Below are positions 10,271-20,024 of a stretch of 45,285 nucleotides of DNA, one piece after another. Numbering within the stretch: position 1 is the stretch's first letter; each line of letters starts with the position of its first letter. The notes under the pieces were generated by a model, which saw only the letters and a program-made list of their open reading frames with translations, did no database searches and had not been told where the DNA came from. Source of the DNA: Candidatus Planktophila sp. (GTDB lineage Bacteria; Actinomycetota; Actinomycetes; Nanopelagicales; Nanopelagicaceae); assembly GCA_964201275.1 (NCBI GenBank), contig CAXNDQ010000001.1, forward strand, positions 1 through 45,285. Direction: 5' to 3'. A program made the position numbers and the translations under genes.

Positions 10271-11731
10271 ATGACTACCGCCCCAATGGATAGCAAAGCC
10301 CTTGATGAAACGCCATCTACATTTTCAGATCCAAATCTGATAGATCAACCGCACGAAGCGCGCGCAGTCATCGGTGTTTCCAGACGAGATATAACTCCTC
10401 CATTTGGAATTTACGGACCGGTTTGGGGATTTTCAACTCACGATGGAAGCTCGCGCGGTACTCACAAACCGATCTATGCAACCGCTCTAGCAATCACTGC
10501 TCAACCTGGTGGCAAACCAACAGTTATCGTCGCACTTGACCTTGGTACAAGTGGTGACTTAACCGGTATGGAGGATGAATGGATCAGAGAAAGTGTTGTT
10601 AAAGATTTAGGTATTCCAATTTCAAATCTGATGCTCGCCTCTTCTCATACTCACGGCGCACCTTGGCCATACCGCAGTCGTGCCGATTTTCCGGGTGGAG
10701 ATTTAATTGAAGGTTATTTGGAGTTAATGAAAGGCGCGATTCTAGAAGCATCTCGCGAAGCGATCGAGACTGCCGAAGATTGCATCATTACCTTTAAAGA
10801 TGGTCGCTGTGATCTGGCAAAGAATCGAAACTTGGCAGATCCGGCAAATCCAACACGTTACTTAACTGGTTACAACCCAAGTAACAAGTCAATCACCGAT
10901 GACACTGTGATGGTCGGACGAGTTACTCGAGTTAGCGATAACTCAATTAAGGCAACTGTTGTTAACTATGCCTGCCACCCAACCACTCTGGGCGGCGATA
11001 ATCGTCTCGTTTCACCTGACTTTATCGGCGGTATGCGAGATGTTATGGAAGCAAATACCGATGGCGCAATCTGTGTCTTCTTGCAAGGTGCTTCTGGAGA
11101 TTTAGCACCCGCATATCAATATGTTGCAGATACATCAGTTGCTGATCGTTACGGACATCAACTCGGACATGCTGCATATTCGACATTGCTCGGAATGTAT
11201 CCGGCTGGACATCGCCTGGAATATGTAAAGCCAATTGAATCTGGTGCACCTCTTGCTTATTGGGAACCTCGTCCATATGCAATTCCGAAAGAGAGCGCAA
11301 TTGATTTCGAGACCGTGGGACTTCCTTCAAAGGATTGGCCAGGGGTTGAAGAACTTGATAAACAACTCGCTGCCGAGGAAGACTTTAGAATTAGAGAACG
11401 TTTACTTCGTAAGAAGACAATTGCTAACTTCACTCAAGGAAAGGGCGCAATCCCAACTCAAGTATTTGCTTGGCGCTTTGGCAATCTAATCTTTGTTGGC
11501 ATTTCTTGCGAAATCGATGTGGCCTGGCAACAAGAAGTAAGAGCGGCATTTCCGGGCTATGGGGTTGTTGCGATTACAGATGTTAACTATTCAGCAATTG
11601 GTTACATTGTTCGTGAAGAGTTGTGCGATCACAATCTTTACCAAGCCTGGCAGCCGCCATATGGAAAAGGTTCCTTTACCTCAATCGTTGAGAACTGCGT
11701 GCGCCTAATGAAGAAAACACTTAAAGGCTAA
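10271..11731 (+). CDS. Neutral/alkaline ceramidase-like metallo-amidohydrolase, paralog 4
   Basis: Motifs SSHTHGAP, LAKNRN, NYACHPT, FLQGASG, SCEID, YQAWQ. Confidence 0.8.
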   Translation: MTTAPMDSKALDETPSTFSDPNLIDQPHEARAVIGVSRRDITPPFGIYGPVWGFSTHDGSSRGTHKPIYATALAITAQPGGKPTVIVALDLGTSGDLTGMEDEWIRESVVKDLGIPISNLMLASSHTHGAPWPYRSRADFPGGDLIEGYLELMKGAILEASREAIETAEDCIITFKDGRCDLAKNRNLADPANPTRYLTGYNPSNKSITDDTVMVGRVTRVSDNSIKATVVNYACHPTTLGGDNRLVSPDFIGGMRDVMEANTDGAICVFLQGASGDLAPAYQYVADTSVADRYGHQLGHAAYSTLLGMYPAGHRLEYVKPIESGAPLAYWEPRPYAIPKESAIDFETVGLPSKDWPGVEELDKQLAAEEDFRIRERLLRKKTIANFTQGKGAIPTQVFAWRFGNLIFVGISCEIDVAWQQEVRAAFPGYGVVAITDVNYSAIGYIVREELCDHNLYQAWQPPYGKGSFTSIVENCVRLMKKTLKG

Positions 11732-11737
11732 AGCTAT

Positions 11738-12868
11738 TTAGCTCTGATCTTTATGTGGGGCAGGGTTTCTAATTCCAGGACGCTTGCCATCGATTCGAAA
11801 CGGCAATCCTGGAATCTTCTTCACCTTTGAAGTTGGATCAGGATAGTCAACGAGAATATCTAGCGCTGCCGCTTGCGGATCATTTAGGAGATCTTCGGGA
11901 AGCGCTAAATGATCAGCCGGCACGCCACTTGCTGCCAAGAGTTCTACCCATTGTTTAGAGCCTTTTTCGACAAGAACGCGCTCAATTTCTGCCTCTAATT
12001 CAGCGTTGTTCTTAACGCGATCCACATTCTCTTTAAATTTCACATTTTCAATCATGTCTTCGCGATTTAAAACCGCACAGAGTCGGGCAAAGATCACATT
12101 GTTTCCAACACCGATCATAATTTCGCCATCGCTGGTTTTAAATAACCCATAAGGCGCAAAGGCGGGATGACCGCTTCCGGAGCGAATGGAGGGAGCGTTC
12201 GTTACTTGAAAAGCAGATAGGTGATAGCTAACCCAAGAGACTCCTGTTTCATAAAGTGAAGTCTCAATAACACTTCCAATTCCAGTTTTTTCTCGCTTAA
12301 TTAGCGCGGCTAAAATTCCAAGTGCGAGCCAAGTTCCGCCGCCGACATCTAGAACAGATATTCCAGTTCTAACTGGTTCTCCACTTCGTTCTCCGGTTAC
12401 TTGCATAATTCCAGTTCTTGCCTGCACGGTTGCGTCGTAGCCAGGAAAATGTCTAGATGGCCCTTCGGATCCATAAGAAGAAAGATTGCCGAGAATCAGC
12501 CCAGGTCGTTTTGCCATTAACTCATCTGGTGTGAGGTGATACTCCGCCAATTTCTCAGGCAGAAAGTTGGTCAATAAAACATCGGCGGAATCCAGCAAAT
12601 TATCCAGGAACAATCGTCCTGATTCAGTTTTTAAATCTATTGTGACCGCTGACTTATTTCGATTTACTACATGAAAGTATGCTGAACGATCACCTTCAAC
12701 TGGAGACATAGTTCTTGCGGCATCGGCGGCTGGAGTTTCAATTTTTATAACTCGCGCACCAAGATCTCCAAGAATCGCCCCGCCAAATGGGCCAGCTATA
12801 TTCGATGTTGCATCAAGAACGGTGATCCCTGCCAGAGGTAAATCTGAAGGCATCTGATCTTTGCTCAC
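11738..12868 (-). CDS. CoA-transferase family III (CaiB/BaiF)
   Basis: IAGPF..ILGDLGARVIKIE, NRNKS, GYDATVQA, and the catalytic Asp region ISVLD. Confidence 0.92.
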   Translation of the reverse strand: MSKDQMPSDLPLAGITVLDATSNIAGPFGGAILGDLGARVIKIETPAADAARTMSPVEGDRSAYFHVVNRNKSAVTIDLKTESGRLFLDNLLDSADVLLTNFLPEKLAEYHLTPDELMAKRPGLILGNLSSYGSEGPSRHFPGYDATVQARTGIMQVTGERSGEPVRTGISVLDVGGGTWLALGILAALIKREKTGIGSVIETSLYETGVSWVSYHLSAFQVTNAPSIRSGSGHPAFAPYGLFKTSDGEIMIGVGNNVIFARLCAVLNREDMIENVKFKENVDRVKNNAELEAEIERVLVEKGSKQWVELLAASGVPADHLALPEDLLNDPQAAALDILVDYPDPTSKVKKIPGLPFRIDGKRPGIRNPAPHKDQS

Positions 12869-12909
12869 TGATTACTCGCTCTCGCATATTGAAATAACAT
12901 CTATAAGCG

Positions 12910-12938
12910 TTGACTTGCGACTGATACGCCCATACTAT
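12910..12938 (+). promoter_or_regulatory. SigA-type promoter of the E1beta operon
   Basis: TTGACT (12910-15), 17-bp spacer, TACTAT (12933-38). Confidence 0.7.
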
Positions 12939-12952
12939 AGCAATCGTTTCCA
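12939..12952. promoter_or_regulatory. Candidate LacI-family operator AGCAATCGTTTCCA
   Basis: Directly follows the -10 box. 12935-12954 matches 25813-25832 at 19/20 positions. Confidence 0.75.
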
Positions 12953-12986
12953 GTAGCGATTTCTAGTGATTTTTGAGGGAGGCGCA

Positions 12987-13991
12987 ATGCCAGCAATGCG
13001 CGTAAGACAAGCAATTGCAACAGCCATCGCTGATGAGATGCGCACCGATCCAACGGTGATCGTCTTCGGCGAAGATATTGCAGCAGCCGAAGGACCGTTC
13101 AAGACAACTGAAGGCCTCCTTGAAGAGTTTGGTCCTATTCGCGTGCGCGATACGCCAATTTCTGAAATGGCATTTACTGGCGCTGCCGTTGGCGCAGCAA
13201 CAATGGGTTTGAAGCCAGTTATTGAAATTATGTTTATGGAATTTCTTGGCGTCGCACTAGATCAACTAGTTACTGAAGGCGCAAAGATGCGTTACTTAAG
13301 TAATGGAAAACTCTCTGTCCCAATGGTGGTTCGCGCATCTGTCGGTGGCGGACTTGGTTTCGGTGGTCAACATTCACAGACTCTTGAAAACTGGGTTGCT
13401 GCTACGCCAGGTCTAAAAGTTTTATCTCCAAGTGATGCACAGAGCGCCTACAGCTTGTTACGCGCTGCGATTCAAGATCCAGATCCAGTTATGTTCTTGG
13501 AGCCAAGAATTACTTACGCAGAACGTGGCGAGGTAGATACAAATCTTAAGATGGAGATCGGCAAAGCCAGAGTTGTAAAACCAGGTAAAGATCTCACCAT
13601 TGTCGCTCTTGGACAAATGACAAATATCGCACGCGAAGCGGCTGCAGCTAGCTCTTTGGATATTGAAGTTATCGATCTTTGCACGATTGTTCCTTGGGAT
13701 AAGAAAACAGTATTTGAATCCGTAAAGAAGACTGGCCGCCTAGTTGTTGTTGAAGAGCAGCCAGAAAGCGGTGGTTGGGGATCTGAAATTGTTGCAGCTG
13801 TAAGCGCTCAGTTCTTCGGAGAACTCAAATCAGCACCAATTCGAATCACCTGCCCAAATGTTCCGGTTCCTTATAACGGTGGCCTGGAAGCGCGCTTCTT
13901 GCCAAATGCAACTGAAGTGAATTATCAGATTGATCAATTGATGGCCACAGGTAAAGCACCGCAACCGTGGTGGATTCGGGAGGGTTTCTAA
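12987..13991 (+). CDS. ThDP-dependent 2-oxoacid/acetoin dehydrogenase-like E1 beta subunit
   Basis: GEDI, DTPISE, EIMFMEF and GGQHSQ motifs. Start moved to ATG 12987 (SD GAGGGAGG). Confidence 0.9.
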   Translation: MPAMRVRQAIATAIADEMRTDPTVIVFGEDIAAAEGPFKTTEGLLEEFGPIRVRDTPISEMAFTGAAVGAATMGLKPVIEIMFMEFLGVALDQLVTEGAKMRYLSNGKLSVPMVVRASVGGGLGFGGQHSQTLENWVAATPGLKVLSPSDAQSAYSLLRAAIQDPDPVMFLEPRITYAERGEVDTNLKMEIGKARVVKPGKDLTIVALGQMTNIAREAAAASSLDIEVIDLCTIVPWDKKTVFESVKKTGRLVVVEEQPESGGWGSEIVAAVSAQFFGELKSAPIRITCPNVPVPYNGGLEARFLPNATEVNYQIDQLMATGKAPQPWWIREGF

Positions 13992-13992
13992 G

Positions 13993-14988
13993 ATGAGTAA
14001 AGGTCTAGATCGTCGTAAGGCGATACTTTCTGATCCCGTTGCGCAGTTTGAACGTGCAGTTGAGATTCGCGAATTTGAAAATCAAATTAATGCTCTCTTC
14101 GCATCCGGAACAATTAGAGGCACAACCCACCTTTGCAACGGACAAGAAGCGTTAGCAATTGGACTTGCCAGCGTTTTGCGCACAGATGATCCAGTTTCTG
14201 CAACCTATCGAAGCCACGGTATTGCACTTGCTCTCGGCATTACGCCAGAGTCTGCAATGTCAGAAATTATGGGTAAAGCAACCGGATGTTGCGGTGGCCT
14301 CGGTGGATCAATGCACCTTTGCGATCTTGAATTAGGTTTACTTCCAACGTCTGCAATCATCGGTGGCGGTATGCCAATCGCTGCAGGTGCTGCACTTGCA
14401 TTCCAAGTTCAAGGCAATGACCGAGTTGCCGTCGCTATTTTCGGTGATGGTGCAACAAATATTGGTGCATTCCACGAAACGCTAAACCTTGCAGCAATTT
14501 GGAAACTTCCAGTTGTATTCATCTGCGATAACAATGTTTATGCAGAATACAGCCGTATTAATTTGACGACTCCGATCGAAGATCTACATATCCGCGCCGA
14601 AAGCTATGCGATGCCACATTTCGCACTCGATGGAATGGATATAGATGTTGTTCGCGAAGGAATTCAGACTGCGGTCGATCGTGCACGTTCTGGTGGCGGA
14701 CCTACCTTTATCGAAGCGAAGACTTATCGCTTTGCCGGTCACTCACGTGCAGATCAAGCGCTCTATCGCCCAGAAGGTGAGCTCGATTCTTGGAAGTCAC
14801 GCGATCCACTTCTTTTGCTAGAGGAGCGGGCTAAGAAGTCCGGCAAGATCACCGATGAGCAAATCGCTGATATGAAAGTTCGTAAAGCGAAAGAGATCGA
14901 AGCAACTGTTGCTTTATGTCAGAACGCCCCTGAGCCTTCACCAAAGACCATGTTCGAAAACATCTGGAGCAGAAAGGTTAGTCAATAA
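13993..14988 (+). CDS. ThDP-dependent 2-oxoacid/acetoin dehydrogenase-like E1 alpha subunit
   Basis: HLCNGQEA, YRSHG, GGSMH, ThDP motif GDGA...NN, TYRFAGHS. Confidence 0.9.
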   Translation: MSKGLDRRKAILSDPVAQFERAVEIREFENQINALFASGTIRGTTHLCNGQEALAIGLASVLRTDDPVSATYRSHGIALALGITPESAMSEIMGKATGCCGGLGGSMHLCDLELGLLPTSAIIGGGMPIAAGAALAFQVQGNDRVAVAIFGDGATNIGAFHETLNLAAIWKLPVVFICDNNVYAEYSRINLTTPIEDLHIRAESYAMPHFALDGMDIDVVREGIQTAVDRARSGGGPTFIEAKTYRFAGHSRADQALYRPEGELDSWKSRDPLLLLEERAKKSGKITDEQIADMKVRKAKEIEATVALCQNAPEPSPKTMFENIWSRKVSQ

Positions 14989-15222
14989 ATGAGTATCGAA
15001 ATCACTATGCCGCGAGTTGCCGAAACTGTTGATTCGGTTTACCTAGTTTCTTGGTTTAAGGCTGTTGGAGATATGGTTAACGAAGGCGAAGATCTCTTGG
15101 AAGTCGAAACTGATAAAGCGCAACTTTCAGTTCCCTCCCCTGCGACGGGAAAAATAGTCGAGTTGAGATTTGCTATTGATGCTGAGATAAACACCGGCGA
15201 TGTAATCGCCGTTCTTGAATAA
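14989..15222 (+). CDS. Stand-alone lipoyl-carrier domain
   Basis: 77 aa with lipoylation motif EVETDKA and 'VPSPATGKI'. Stops right after the domain. Confidence 0.88.
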   Translation: MSIEITMPRVAETVDSVYLVSWFKAVGDMVNEGEDLLEVETDKAQLSVPSPATGKIVELRFAIDAEINTGDVIAVLE

Positions 15223-15255
15223 CAACTAACGCATTAGCGCGCAATAGGAGGAGAA

Positions 15256-16242
15256 ATGGCTTCGGTTGCGATCTATGGTGCTGGCCAACTGGGACAAGCA
15301 GTAGCCACAGGATTGCGCGCGCGAGGAAATCATCGCGTCTCTGGTCCTTTTCGCCGAGAAGATCGCGAACTCGCCCTTAATTCTGGGGCTGACGTTGTTC
15401 TAATTGCGACAACCACCCTCTTTAAAGATGTTGCTGGTTACATCAGAGATGCTGTCAACGCCGGTTCTAATGTTCTGGTCTCGGCAGAAGAATGCGCATA
15501 CCCGTGGGCCGTGGATAAAAAATTAGCGGATGAGCTCGATAAATTAGCGAAAGTAAAACGAGTCAGTATTGCTGGCGCTGGCGTGAATCCCGGACTCATC
15601 TTTGATGCGCTAGTTGCAACCCTTCTTGGTCCAACGCCTTCAGAGTTAAATGCCGATGGCACTCCTAGAACAACGGTTGAAGTAAGGCGAACTGTAAATA
15701 TCTCCGGTTTTGGTGGAACAGTTCTTCGTCGCATCGGTGTCGGCGCAACAGAGAAAGAGTTTAAAGATAAGGTCGAACGAGGCGAGATTCTGGGACATGC
15801 CGGGTTTCCACAATCGATGAACGTTGTTGCAGATGCGCTCGGTCTAGAAATTGAACGAATCGATAAAGTATTACTTCCCGTTCTTACCGATCGTGCGATT
15901 GATCTCCCGCAGCGATTCGTTATTGATCCAGGATTTAGCGCCGGAGTTAATCAGACTTACACGGCAATTGTTAAGGGTAAGCCTTGGTTCTCTTCACACT
16001 TCTTTGGCCACGTAGATCTTGTTGGAATAGACAGGGCTGCGAAAGATGAGATCGAGATCAGCATCGATGGAAAAGTGCATCAAACTATTTCACTTAATCC
16101 GGGTATCGGCGCGCAAATGGGATCGCAGAATATGGTTATCAACTCGATTGAGCGAATTATTCAGGCGCAACCAGGTTGGGTAACTGTGGCAGAAATTGCG
16201 CCAGCACTTGCTAGACGTGAAGAGAGTTTTTCTAGAAAGTAA
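15256..16242 (+). CDS. NAD(P)-dependent 2,4-diaminopentanoate dehydrogenase/native amine dehydrogenase-like protein
   Basis: GAGQLG, NVLVSAEE, GVNPG and GHAGFPQS motifs. SD AGGAGG. Confidence 0.72.
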   Translation: MASVAIYGAGQLGQAVATGLRARGNHRVSGPFRREDRELALNSGADVVLIATTTLFKDVAGYIRDAVNAGSNVLVSAEECAYPWAVDKKLADELDKLAKVKRVSIAGAGVNPGLIFDALVATLLGPTPSELNADGTPRTTVEVRRTVNISGFGGTVLRRIGVGATEKEFKDKVERGEILGHAGFPQSMNVVADALGLEIERIDKVLLPVLTDRAIDLPQRFVIDPGFSAGVNQTYTAIVKGKPWFSSHFFGHVDLVGIDRAAKDEIEISIDGKVHQTISLNPGIGAQMGSQNMVINSIERIIQAQPGWVTVAEIAPALARREESFSRK

Positions 16243-16274
16243 ATGTAGTTCAATTGATCAACTAAAAGGAGCGG

Positions 16275-17414
16275 ATGATGTCGGTAAAGATAAGTAAGGT
16301 CGAGGCCTTCCCGGTTAAGTACCAAGAGCCAAATGACTCTATGGCCTGGCGTTATCTCACCTTCGTACGAATCACCGCTTCCGATGGAACTGTTGGTTGG
16401 GGCGAAGCGATTACGCAATTCCCCGGCAGCACTAAAGGAACCGCTGCCATCATTGAAGATTTGGCAGATGTAATTATTGGAAAAGATCCACTTCATAATC
16501 TCGGCATCTGGCGCGATATTCGCAAACAGACTTGGTGGTACACATATCGCGGTGGATTGGGCCACTTCGCGCTCTCCGCAATTGATATTGCGCTCTGGGA
16601 TTTGCGTGGAAAAATAACTGGTCAATCACTCATTGAGATGATCGGTAAGCGCGATAGCCAAGAAGTTACTGAAATTCCGGTGCTTGCATCAACCCACGTT
16701 TTTAATGCAAATCTCGACGTTGAGGTTGAACGCCACGCGCGTTATGTAAAAGAGGGATACCTTGGCTTCAAAATCGGTATGGGCAAACGTGGCGATGCGC
16801 GAGTCGGTTACGAACTAGAAAGAGATATTAACTTTGTGCGCGATCTGCGCCAAGCAGCTGGACCAGATGCCTGGATCATGATGGATCGCGGACAATCACT
16901 TAATTGGACCTTTGAAGATGCAGTTAAGCGGGTTAGCGCATGGGAGGAGTACGGACTCAAGTGGGTGGAAGAACCATTTGAACCTTGGGAGTATGAGCAA
17001 TTTAAACGCCTTCGTAACCACACTAAAGTTTTGATTGCCGGCAGCGAACGCGAATGGGATTATCGCGGTTACACCGAAACCATTAACTCTGGAACTCTCG
17101 ACGTAATCGGCTGCGATGTCGGACGTGTAGAAGGAATTACAGGTGCGCTTGCGATAATTAAGTTGGTTGAAACTGCCGGACTCTGGTTTAACAGCCACGC
17201 TTGGTCGAGTGCGATCAACACCGCGGCATCAATTGCACTTTCGGCATCGACTCCACGATGCCTGGTGCAAGAGTTGAAGCCGGATGAAAATCCAATGCAA
17301 CATGAGTTAATTACCGAACCATTCACACATAAGAATGGAAAGATCGCAGTTCCATCAAAGCCAGGACTTGGCGTAGAAGTGATTGAGAAGACCGTACAAA
17401 AATATGTCTTCTGA
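16275..17414 (+). CDS. Mandelate racemase/muconate lactonizing enzyme (enolase superfamily), copy 1
   Basis: GWGEA, SAIDIALWDL, metal ligands D (MDRG), E (EEP) and E (GSE), C-terminal PGLG. Confidence 0.9.
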   Translation: MMSVKISKVEAFPVKYQEPNDSMAWRYLTFVRITASDGTVGWGEAITQFPGSTKGTAAIIEDLADVIIGKDPLHNLGIWRDIRKQTWWYTYRGGLGHFALSAIDIALWDLRGKITGQSLIEMIGKRDSQEVTEIPVLASTHVFNANLDVEVERHARYVKEGYLGFKIGMGKRGDARVGYELERDINFVRDLRQAAGPDAWIMMDRGQSLNWTFEDAVKRVSAWEEYGLKWVEEPFEPWEYEQFKRLRNHTKVLIAGSEREWDYRGYTETINSGTLDVIGCDVGRVEGITGALAIIKLVETAGLWFNSHAWSSAINTAASIALSASTPRCLVQELKPDENPMQHELITEPFTHKNGKIAVPSKPGLGVEVIEKTVQKYVF

Positions 17415-18183
17415 TAGCGATCTATCAATAGGCAGGGGACTCGACGGAAAACGAATAATTGTTACTGGTGCAAGTAGCGGTATAGGAAAAGCGACCGCAC
17501 TTTTACTCGAACGCGTTGGCGCATCTGTTATTGCAATTGGTTTAGATAAAGGTCGGCTCTCCGATTTGGAGCACGAATTTTCAGATCCTGCGCGCCATCT
17601 AATTCTCTCCGTCGATTTATCCGGCGAAAATTGTGCCGAGCAAATTATGGGGCCGGCCATTTCCCGCTTTGGTGGCGTCGATGCAGCGATATTGGCTGGT
17701 GCAACGTTAAAGCGAAAAGATCTCAAAGACGTGACAGTTGAAGATTGGGATAGCCAATTCGATACTAATCTGCGATCCACTTTCTTAATTTCGCGAGCAG
17801 TGGCTGAACATCTAAAAGAGAATAAACGAGCCGGTTCGATACTCTCTTTCACTTCCCCTTCTTGGTCCACTGGTTCTTTCTTTGGCGCTGATGCTTATTC
17901 CGCATCCAAAGCAGGAATAGTCACTTTTTCAAGGGGTCTAGCAAAACAGCTAGGAGTTTATGGAATCCGCGTAAATACGATCTCGCCCGGCCAGATTGAT
18001 ACTCCTATGCAGCATCGAGATAACACTGCGCAAAACGTGCAGGCAATCATCGATGCTTGTCCGCTAAAGAGAATTGGTCAACCAGAAGAGATCGCATCTG
18101 TTGCAGTCTTTGTTACCTCAGATCACGGATCTTTTATTACTGGCGCGACGCTAAACGTCAGCGGCGGAATTCATATCTATTAA
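17404..18183 (+). CDS. SDR oxidoreductase
   Basis: TGASSGIG and YSASK. Start placed at ATG 17404, overlapping the upstream stop. Confidence 0.88.
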   Translation: MSSDSDLSIGRGLDGKRIIVTGASSGIGKATALLLERVGASVIAIGLDKGRLSDLEHEFSDPARHLILSVDLSGENCAEQIMGPAISRFGGVDAAILAGATLKRKDLKDVTVEDWDSQFDTNLRSTFLISRAVAEHLKENKRAGSILSFTSPSWSTGSFFGADAYSASKAGIVTFSRGLAKQLGVYGIRVNTISPGQIDTPMQHRDNTAQNVQAIIDACPLKRIGQPEEIASVAVFVTSDHGSFITGATLNVSGGIHIY

Positions 18184-19098
18184 TTACTTACCGGCAAGAA
18201 AACGCTGTGGATTCTTTCTTGTAAGCGTGTCAATCTGCTCTTTAGTAACTCCAGCACTTCGCAGTAGTGGCAAGAATTTGGTAATCAGGAACTTATAGCC
18301 TTCGTTACCGTGAATCTTTAATCTTGCTCTAGCCGCGATATCAGTGGAGATCAAGATCTTCTCCAAATATCCTTCATTAATTAAGGTTGCAATTGTCTGC
18401 GCGCGAAGCTCATCACGCTGTTTATCTAATTGACCAACTGCGTCGTAACCAATCCAGACGCCTCGCTTGAGTAATTTGCGGGAGTACTCGATATCGCGAT
18501 TGGTATCGCAGTGGCCGATCAAAGTTATATCAAGATCTGCTCCCGCCGCCTCTAAAATATTTAATTGTTCAATTCCTACTTCAGTAAATAGCGCATGGGT
18601 TCCGATTGGTCGCTTAGTCTCTACCTGAACTTTTGCTGCAGCTTCCAACACTTTGCGCTCATTTGGCTTAACTCCCCGATGGTGGGTGCCCAATTCGGCC
18701 ATAATTCCGGCTTTGATACCTGTGCCTGGGAAACCATCAACAATATGCCCGAGCATTCGATCAGCAATTTGGCTAACACTCCAGTCATCTAACCATTCTG
18801 GATAATACTGTTGATGATAAAAACCAGTACCGGCGATGATGTGAACACCGGTAGCTTTCGAAATTTCTGCCAATCCACTTGGATCTGGATGTAGTCCATA
18901 GATTGTCTGATCAACAATTGTATTTCCGCCCGCGGCCTTGTAATCGGCGACCTCATCGCTCATTGTAGATAACTCAAGCAGTACGCCCTCTGCACTGCGA
19001 CGGACATCGTAGGTATCAACAAGGAGATGTTCGTGCGGCAATATAAAACCTAATTGATCAGCAGGAACTGGGCCAAGTACGGTCTCAACATTTTTCAT
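18184..19098 (-). CDS. Phosphotriesterase-homology (PHP/YhfV-like) amidohydrolase/lactonase
   Basis: HEH, GIMAELG (bridging Glu), GTHA, GHCD, STD, NPQR. Confidence 0.88.
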   Translation of the reverse strand: MKNVETVLGPVPADQLGFILPHEHLLVDTYDVRRSAEGVLLELSTMSDEVADYKAAGGNTIVDQTIYGLHPDPSGLAEISKATGVHIIAGTGFYHQQYYPEWLDDWSVSQIADRMLGHIVDGFPGTGIKAGIMAELGTHHRGVKPNERKVLEAAAKVQVETKRPIGTHALFTEVGIEQLNILEAAGADLDITLIGHCDTNRDIEYSRKLLKRGVWIGYDAVGQLDKQRDELRAQTIATLINEGYLEKILISTDIAARARLKIHGNEGYKFLITKFLPLLRSAGVTKEQIDTLTRKNPQRFLAGK

Positions 19099-19144
19099 AA
19101 ATACGAGCCTAATCCAAATTTCCCTGTAATACGAGAACTTTCTT

Positions 19145-19179
19145 CTGCAATTATCGCTGGAACAGTGATGGAATTGCAG
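19145..19179. other. Imperfect inverted repeat between the divergent PTE-like and creatininase-like genes
   Basis: CTGCAATT-ATCGCTG-GAA-CAGTGAT-GG-AATTGCAG. Confidence 0.5.
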
Positions 19180-19229
19180 TACTTGCTAGAAATGTATCTA
19201 TTTCAGATCCATTTCAATATACTTGCACA

Positions 19230-20024
19230 ATGGCCTTTAAATTTAATGAACTTAACTGGCAGCAAATTGATAGCCTCGATAGAGATAAGACAATATTTCT
19301 CTTGCCGACTGGTGCTATTGAACAACACGGGCCACATCTACCAGTTGATACTGATATTTATAATTCAAACGCCTTAATAGAAAACATTGCAAAAAATTCC
19401 GGCGGTAATGTAATAGCACTTCCACCAATTTGGTGGGGTACATCTCCGCACCATAAGGGATATCCCGGCACAATTTCATTAAAGCTGGAAACTTTCCATC
19501 ATTTACTTAACGATATTTTCTCTTCACTGACCGCTCATGGTTTCTATAGATTTCTAGTAATTAACGGCCATGGTGGTAACGCTGGAATTCTCACAGCGTC
19601 GACAGCAGATTTAAGCGAATCACTTGGTGTATCAATTCCTACTTACTCTTATTGGCAGTCAATCAAGCAGGTTCTAATAGATATCGGTGAATCCGAAATT
19701 GGCGGAATGGGGCACGCCTGCGAGATGGAGACTTCTCTTGCCCTTTACCTGCGCCCAGAACTTGTAAATATGAAAGCGATCGCACAGGACATGCCTGATG
19801 TTCGAGTCGCTCTCTCTTGTATTGATTTCCGCCAACCAGGTTTCTTGGGAATTCCCTTGGATTTCCGTCGAGATTCAAAATCTGGAGTTATGGGAGATCC
19901 AACTCTGGCTACAGCCGATAAGGGAGAAAAGATATTTAAAGCAGCCCTGGTTGCGGCAACTGATGCAGTTCAAACTCTGCTGAGCGCGGACCGTGATGTA
20001 TTTGTAACAGAGAGATTTAATTAA
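19230..20024 (+). CDS. Creatininase-family amidohydrolase
   Basis: EQHGPHLP.DTD, SPHH, NGHGGN, GHACEMETS. Confidence 0.92.
   Translation: MAFKFNELNWQQIDSLDRDKTIFLLPTGAIEQHGPHLPVDTDIYNSNALIENIAKNSGGNVIALPPIWWGTSPHHKGYPGTISLKLETFHHLLNDIFSSLTAHGFYRFLVINGHGGNAGILTASTADLSESLGVSIPTYSYWQSIKQVLIDIGESEIGGMGHACEMETSLALYLRPELVNMKAIAQDMPDVRVALSCIDFRQPGFLGIPLDFRRDSKSGVMGDPTLATADKGEKIFKAALVAATDAVQTLLSADRDVFVTERFN

Noticed and set aside
12987-15222. Housekeeping pyruvate dehydrogenase (pdhABC) or acoABC
   Set aside because: There is no E2 catalytic domain or E3, the gene order is reversed and the unit is under the island operator. No symbol assigned.
18184-19098. Organophosphate-degrading phosphotriesterase
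   Set aside because: It has the Glu-bridged PHP-type motif rather than the carboxylated Lys of true PTE. Substrate unknown.
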